This document shows, piece by piece, positions 62,369 through 64,000 of a stretch of 64,000 bases of DNA; position 1 is the stretch's first letter; each line of letters opens with the position of its first letter. Where the stretch lies: assembly GCF_006345805.1 (NCBI RefSeq), contig NC_043016.1, positions 19,468,001-19,532,000 of the forward strand, given 5' to 3'. A model generated the notes under the pieces. The model was not told where the DNA came from. It made no database searches and saw only the letters and a program-made list of their open reading frames with translations. A program made the position numbers and the translations under genes. This DNA comes from Octopus sinensis. Lineage: Eukaryota.

Positions 62369-63235
62369 CTTGTTTGATTTTATGTTCATTTTTCTATGCT
62401 AGCTTTGGTTAGATGAAACATTGAGGCAGATTTTCCATGCCTGGATTCATTTCCTCTTAGCTGATTCATTAAAACTTGAAACTAGGGACTTTTTACTAAC
62501 CAGAAATTGTAAACAAAGATACTCCTTTAACCCTTTAGCATTTAAGCCAGCCACATCCGGCCAAAATATTCTCCCCTGTTTTATGTTCAAACTGGCCAGA
62601 TGTGGCCCCTCACACCTATTCTACAATATCATTCTAAAATTTAATAGTTACCTCATAAAAATTTCAAAGCTACAAGATAATGCATGATTAATTCAAAACA
62701 ATAATGATAAATAAATGATCCATTAGACAGAATAATCTGGATGCTAAAGGGTTACGTCAGATTTGTTAATGTAGGTATATGCAATGATATTCATACACAC
62801 ATGTATATGCACGCATGCACATACAAACACACTCTCACACACATACATACACACACACACAGTGAGCTTCTTCTCAGCTTCTGTCTATCAACTTCACTCA
62901 CAAGGCATTTGTCAACCTATAAAGATATTTGCCCAGAGGGGAATTAACAGATGTTAATTGTCAGGAATGTAGAACAAGGGAATTCGAAACCACAGTCTTC
63001 AGGTACTTTTCTTATGTCGTAGTCACTATACTCCGTGTCTATCAAGTTGTTTTTTTTATTATGTCCTTTCTTTACAGATGTTTGGATACGCCGTGTTATG
63101 ATGCATCCACAGCAGCAGTCTTGGGTACTCTCTGCAGTTCAGGGTAACAATGAAGTGTCAATGTGGGAGGTGGAGACCGGAGCCAGACAGAAGGCCCTCT
63201 GGGCTAGTAATTCCCCTGCTCTATCTCACAGAGAT
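217..63235 (+). CDS. PIK3R4: PI3-kinase regulatory subunit 4 / VPS15, internal portion (29 coding exons; 5' and 3' ends outside window)
   Basis: Manually spliced GT-AG exons give hallmark VPS15 peptides in order: [111 protein letters not shown]. Exon sum 3383 nt = 1128 codons minus 1 nt (see exon 6 finding). Comparison to human PIK3R4 is from memory. Confidence 0.97.
961..1312 (-). mobile_element. Repeat family A (RTE-type (GAT)n-tailed retroposon with internal hairpin minisatellite), representative copy
   Basis: Shared core GGAAGGGCATCCAGCTGTAGAAAC...CAACCCATGCTAGCATGGAAAxCGGACGTTAAACGATGATG. About 25 further copies, approximate positions: 1-84+, 12616-12918+, 14334-14752-, 16314-16688-, 19297-19484-, 20144-20431-, 23262-23624+, 27255-27511-, 28190-28520-, 29533-29810-, 33292-33565-, 38563-38761-, 46488-46684+, 49586-50010+, 51232-51685+, 54520-55095-, 56066-56177+, 58657-58825-, 59600-60287+, 61810-62177+. 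Confidence 0.9.
1490..1591 (+). CDS. PIK3R4: PIK3R4 exon 2 (catalytic loop [11 protein letters not shown])
   Basis: [34 protein letters not shown]; AG / GTAAGT. Confidence 0.96.
2320..2755 (-). mobile_element. RTE (BovB-like) LINE, 5'-truncated 3' end
   Basis: Open frame [52 protein letters not shown]..; (GA)n tail. Confidence 0.9.
3432..3619 (+). CDS. PIK3R4: PIK3R4 exon 3
   Basis: [27 protein letters not shown]...[13 protein letters not shown]; ends phase 2. Confidence 0.96.
4266..4634 (-). mobile_element. Non-autonomous Helitron, second family
   Basis: Minus strand A|TCTCTATATATA...hairpin...CTAG|T. Confidence 0.7.
4692..4818 (+). CDS. PIK3R4: PIK3R4 exon 4
   Basis: [42 protein letters not shown]. 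Confidence 0.95.
5128..5345. mobile_element. Mariner-like MITE (second copy ~37033-37472, with TTAA MITE inside)
   Basis: TIR-like ends TGCTGAAAAGTTCCTGGCTT / AAGTCAGGAACTTTTCAGCA in TA context. Confidence 0.65.
5831..6003 (+). CDS. PIK3R4: PIK3R4 exon 5
   Basis: [37 protein letters not shown]...SPDERIV; donor GTAAGT at 6004 (alternative GT at 5999). Confidence 0.92.
7703..7822 (+). CDS. PIK3R4: PIK3R4 exon 6 (apparent 1-nt frameshift near 7718)
   Basis: IKKEL in entry frame, then [35 protein letters not shown] in the -1 frame. Confidence 0.85.
7930..8357. mobile_element. Nested TTAA MITEs (inner element 7957-8176)
   Basis: Inner TTAA-CCCTTTCGTT...AATGAAAGGG-TTAA inserted at the internal TTAA of the outer MITE. 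Confidence 0.78.
9230..9725 (-). mobile_element. CR1/L2-clade LINE 3' end (second copy ~54075-54519)
   Basis: MDTLKLRRL... and [38 protein letters not shown], typical CR1 ORF2 C-terminus; (ATT)n tail. Confidence 0.85.
9895..9990 (+). CDS. PIK3R4: PIK3R4 exon 7
   Basis: [32 protein letters not shown]. Confidence 0.93.
10890..10984 (+). CDS. PIK3R4: PIK3R4 exon 8 (HEAT repeat)
   Basis: [31 protein letters not shown]. Confidence 0.93.
11235..11820 (-). mobile_element. SINE family C tandem trimer
   Basis: One head plus three body units (184-nt period); 22-nt TSD CTTTCACGACTATATTTTTGTT at 11213 and 11821. Confidence 0.9.
12155..12412 (+). mobile_element. SINE-like family D: tRNA-like head, (AAT)n, Penelope-type hammerhead-bearing tail
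   Basis: A box TAGCGTAGTGG 12170-12180, B box GTTCGATTCC 12215-12224, CTGATGA..GAAA core 12327-12359; TSD AAGATAAT at 12147 and 12413. Confidence 0.8.
13994..14033 (+). CDS. PIK3R4: PIK3R4 exon 9 (40 nt)
   Basis: [13 protein letters not shown]; phases match both neighbours. Confidence 0.93.
16735..16817 (+). CDS. PIK3R4: PIK3R4 exon 10
   Basis: [28 protein letters not shown]. Confidence 0.94.
17687..17905. mobile_element. TTAA-flanked piggyBac-type MITE (~220 bp), representative copy
   Basis: TTAA-CCCTTTAG...CTAAAGGG-TTAA. Other copies 6097-6316, 12547-13067 (family A inside), 29939-30157, 37224-37444, 60709-60929, 62531-62751; related subfamily ~41647-41878. Confidence 0.85.
18260..18323 (+). 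CDS. PIK3R4: PIK3R4 exon 11
   Basis: [21 protein letters not shown]; poorly conserved but phase-consistent, with CAG / GTAAGT. Confidence 0.85.
21836..22208 (-). mobile_element. Bipartite non-autonomous RTE element (5' UTR fused to 3' end)
   Basis: 5' motif TCGTGGTGGAG..GAGCTATGCCGTC..CCTGGTAGGGCCACCCAA..GGTC; 3' end ACCCAGGGTGAATGTCACCACAAGTACAAGTAAG; CpG-rich. Confidence 0.72.
22343..22490 (+). CDS. PIK3R4: PIK3R4 exon 12
   Basis: [49 protein letters not shown]. Confidence 0.96.
23822..24236. mobile_element. MITE with 29-bp TIRs and 8-bp TSD (Merlin- or hAT-like)
   Basis: TIR GGATCTTTTCGGTTTGAACGGCAGTTTTT / AAAAACTGCCGTTCAAACCAAAAAGATCC; TSD CTTCCATA at 23814 and 24237. Confidence 0.88.
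24811..25210 (-). mobile_element. Non-autonomous Helitron, same family as 30623
   Basis: Same termini on the minus strand; longer interior. Confidence 0.85.
25936..26133. repeat. (TTC)n trinucleotide tract, ~200 bp, with a (TAC)4 interruption
   Basis: Seen directly; preceded by a short (GTC)n. Confidence 0.98.
26311..26605 (-). mobile_element. R4/Dong-clade (RLE) LINE 3' fragment within (ATT)n microsatellite
   Basis: Minus strand reads [45 protein letters not shown], like the R4/Dong C-terminus; (ATT)n on both sides, matching Dong targeting of TAA repeats. Confidence 0.75.
26686..26732 (+). CDS. PIK3R4: PIK3R4 exon 13
   Basis: [16 protein letters not shown]. Confidence 0.95.
26820..27210 (+). 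mobile_element. Decayed RTE LINE C-terminus with zinc-finger remnant
   Basis: [20 protein letters not shown] and [15 protein letters not shown] in shifted frames. Confidence 0.7.
28996..29097 (+). CDS. PIK3R4: PIK3R4 exon 14
   Basis: [34 protein letters not shown]. Confidence 0.96.
30212..30346 (+). CDS. PIK3R4: PIK3R4 exon 15
   Basis: [45 protein letters not shown]. Confidence 0.96.
30623..30927 (+). mobile_element. Non-autonomous Helitron
   Basis: A|TC 5' end, subterminal hairpin CCCGAGCAACGCCGGG, CTAG|T 3' end, no TSD. Confidence 0.85.
32641..32778 (+). CDS. PIK3R4: PIK3R4 exon 16
   Basis: [46 protein letters not shown]. Confidence 0.95.
33971..34147 (+). CDS. PIK3R4: PIK3R4 exon 17
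   Basis: [22 protein letters not shown]...[10 protein letters not shown]. Confidence 0.93.
35370..35426 (+). CDS. PIK3R4: PIK3R4 exon 18
   Basis: [19 protein letters not shown]. Confidence 0.93.
35657..36077. mobile_element. Family D inverted dimer (minus copy with head, plus copy without head)
   Basis: Minus copy ~35657-35890, plus copy ~35895-36077; 13-nt direct repeat GAACTAAATAGTT at 35644 and 36078. Confidence 0.82.
36418..36978 (-). mobile_element. Older bipartite RTE-derived element interrupted by SINE C
   Basis: Minus strand CTTCAATGACCCTGTGTACTATGCCAGC..CTGGTAG..ACAGGTCAAAGG resembles the RTE 5' UTR motif. Confidence 0.55.
36615..36845 (+). mobile_element. tRNA-derived SINE family C, monomer with 14-nt TSD
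   Basis: Head GGCGGCGAGCTGGCAGAA..GAGTTCAAATTC, core CCTTTCGGGGTCGATAAATTAAGTACCAG (resembles the MetaSINE central domain, from memory); TSD GGTACTAATATTAG at 36601 and 36846. Other copies 4893-5111+, 24538-24750+, 48837-49068- (TSD TAGAACTATATT), plus degenerate ones at 6540-6950, 7385-7580, 19065-19265. Confidence 0.9.
37598..37641 (+). CDS. PIK3R4: PIK3R4 exon 19
   Basis: [14 protein letters not shown]. Confidence 0.9.
37659..38068 (-). mobile_element. tRNA-derived SINE family B, full-length copy
   Basis: Head GGCGCAGGAGTxGCTGTGTGGTAAG...GGTTCAGTCCC (Pol III A/B boxes), central (TA)n/(TG)n, tail GAAACAAGTAAAAGAG. Other copies approx. 1870-2040+, 13350-13795+, 17030-17340+, 21270-21657-, 31280-31555-, 45380-45779-, 50538-50952-. 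Confidence 0.9.
39161..39310 (+). CDS. PIK3R4: PIK3R4 exon 20
   Basis: [39 protein letters not shown]...; phase 2 at both ends. Confidence 0.88.
40109..40563 (-). mobile_element. RTE LINE 3' fragment nested inside a family A copy
   Basis: [33 protein letters not shown]...DREVWR; TSD TCCACTGCT at 40100 and 40564; (ATG)n tail. Confidence 0.88.
40969..41017 (+). CDS. PIK3R4: PIK3R4 exon 21
   Basis: [16 protein letters not shown]; restores phase between exons 20 and 22. Confidence 0.82.
41980..42436 (+). repeat. Unclassified (AAT)n-tailed interspersed repeat (partial inverse copy ~6978-7170)
   Basis: TATATTGGGCTTTGCATATxTGTACCCCAGTG..CTCACT(AAT)n shared in reverse complement. Confidence 0.65.
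42451..42661 (+). CDS. PIK3R4: PIK3R4 exon 22 (linker)
   Basis: [10 protein letters not shown] followed by Ser-rich linker; ends phase 1. Confidence 0.9.
42738..42828. repeat. (CT)n microsatellite. Others: (TA)n 8428-8482 and 44433-44506, (TG)n 41883-41936, (TAA)n 54079-54120, (TAC)n 62318-62368
   Basis: Seen directly. Confidence 0.95.
43236..44407 (-). mobile_element. Tc1-family DNA transposon with frameshifted (pseudo) DDE transposase
   Basis: TIRs GGGTTGGACAAAATAAxGGAAACACCT with TA on both sides; minus-strand [24 protein letters not shown] and [12 protein letters not shown] split across frames. Confidence 0.92.
44703..44892 (+). CDS. PIK3R4: PIK3R4 exon 23
   Basis: [20 protein letters not shown]...[21 protein letters not shown]. 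Confidence 0.95.
45040..45346 (-). mobile_element. tRNA-derived SINE family E (second copy 61026-61328, minus)
   Basis: Minus-strand head GTGGAGGCACATAGCCTAGTGGTTAGAGC...GGGTTCGTATCTC; two closely similar copies. Confidence 0.85.
47015..47285. mobile_element. Penelope-like terminal-repeat insert: ~77-bp inverted repeat around a hammerhead-like fold
   Basis: IR arms ~47069-47145 and ~47213-47289; 16-nt direct repeat ATTGGTAAATAAATGG at 46999 and 47286. Confidence 0.7.
47503..47633 (+). CDS. PIK3R4: PIK3R4 exon 24 (WD40)
   Basis: [43 protein letters not shown]. Confidence 0.95.
47735..48150 (+). mobile_element. SINE family C tandem dimer
   Basis: Head plus two bodies joined at AAGAAATA|GGTATTTCGTCTGCC (47965/47966); flanking direct repeat ATAAATATAAACATA. 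Confidence 0.88.
51761..51845 (+). CDS. PIK3R4: PIK3R4 exon 25 (WD40)
   Basis: [27 protein letters not shown]. Confidence 0.94.
53761..53852 (+). CDS. PIK3R4: PIK3R4 exon 26
   Basis: [30 protein letters not shown]. Confidence 0.92.
55600..55975 (-). mobile_element. Non-autonomous RTE-derived element, third type
   Basis: 3' tail CCATTGTCGCCCGAGACAAAAGGATGCCAACAAC and internal GGCACCTCCTGCAACCAAGCTGGTGCCA, recalled RTE motifs. Confidence 0.55.
56946..57050 (+). CDS. PIK3R4: PIK3R4 exon 27 (WD40)
   Basis: [34 protein letters not shown]. Confidence 0.95.
57136..58282 (-). mobile_element. Non-autonomous Helitron, third family (~1.15 kb)
   Basis: Minus strand A|TCTGTATCTATAAAA...CCCGGGCAAGGCAGGG hairpin..CTAG|T. 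Confidence 0.7.
59600..60287 (+). mobile_element. Longest family A copy, with 114-nt higher-order tandem array
   Basis: CCGTTCGTGG recurs at 59854, 59968 and 60082; 5' extension shared with the copy at 51232. Confidence 0.88.
60401..60526 (+). CDS. PIK3R4: PIK3R4 exon 28 (WD40)
   Basis: [41 protein letters not shown]. Confidence 0.95.
63078..63235 (+). CDS. PIK3R4: PIK3R4 exon 29 in window (WD40); gene continues beyond window
   Basis: [52 protein letters not shown]; donor GTACGT at 63236 (or GTAAG at 63240). Confidence 0.92.
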
Positions 63236-64000
63236 GTACGTAAGAACACCAGCGGCAGGGCATTATAACTGTTTCTTCTACCACTGTATTATATAGTGTT
63301 GCACCTAGAGTTTAGTAATGTTTAATATAAACACACCAACATCAGTTGTTAAACAAACACACACACATACATATATACATGTATATATACAATGGGCTTC
63401 TTTCAATTTTATGTGAATGTGCGAATAATCATCATAGCAATTGTTTACTACCAATTATTGACTTCTAAACAGGGTTTGGTAAGATGGAATTTTTCTTATA
63501 TTTACTAATAACTGGTGCAGGGAAGAGGTGGTGGGTTGAAGTAGTAAACAAGGACGCAAGTGAGAAAATATAACCATTGCTTACCTCCCTTTCTGTCCCT
63601 CTTTGATTTTGCTTATTATTTTAACCCATGGTCTCAGCCACTTCCCTAAACCACTTGTGACTATATATATAAAGGCAATTTCATTTTACCAAACATTGTC
63701 CTTTGAGAAGCTGATATCAGTGAAACCATAAATTAAATAGTCACTGTGATTAATAATAAATAATGTGTCAGTCATGGAAAAATACCCAATAGACTCCTTA
63801 AAATGGTTGGCCTTAGCACAGTCATTCAATCATTGGAGCGGCTTAGTACAACTCTCCAACTCAATGGATCTTGTCAATCCATGTCAGTGTGGAAGATGGA
63901 CGTTAAATGATGACAACAATTATTATAATTCTGCATCCAATATTGAATCCTTCGTTTAGTGCAGGATTTGTGGAAATAAGTACACAAACTTATCACACAA

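Overview
Eukaryotic, AT-rich, repeat-dense genomic DNA. The SINE families and microsatellite load look like octopus/coleoid cephalopod, but this is recalled, not searched. The whole window lies inside one + strand gene, PIK3R4/VPS15 (regulatory pseudokinase subunit of class III PI3K). I traced 29 GT-AG coding exons (217-63235; 3383 nt) covering the kinase-like domain, HEAT repeats and most of the WD40 domain; start and stop codons lie outside the window. Exon phases are consistent throughout except for one missing base in exon 6 (~7718). Introns are filled with tRNA-derived SINEs, an RTE-tailed repeat with a variable hairpin minisatellite, RTE/CR1/R4 LINE fragments, bipartite RTE elements, a decayed Tc1, TTAA MITEs, Helitrons and microsatellites. 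Most notable: (i) a tRNA-headed SINE-like element carrying a Penelope-type minimal hammerhead ribozyme; (ii) a Penelope-like inverted-repeat insert with a hammerhead fold whose C3-G8 core pair is swapped to G3-C8; (iii) SINE concatemers with one identical junction at independent loci; (iv) a ~87-bp intronic hairpin just upstream of exon 27. Almost all supplied ORFs are repeat or microsatellite artefacts.
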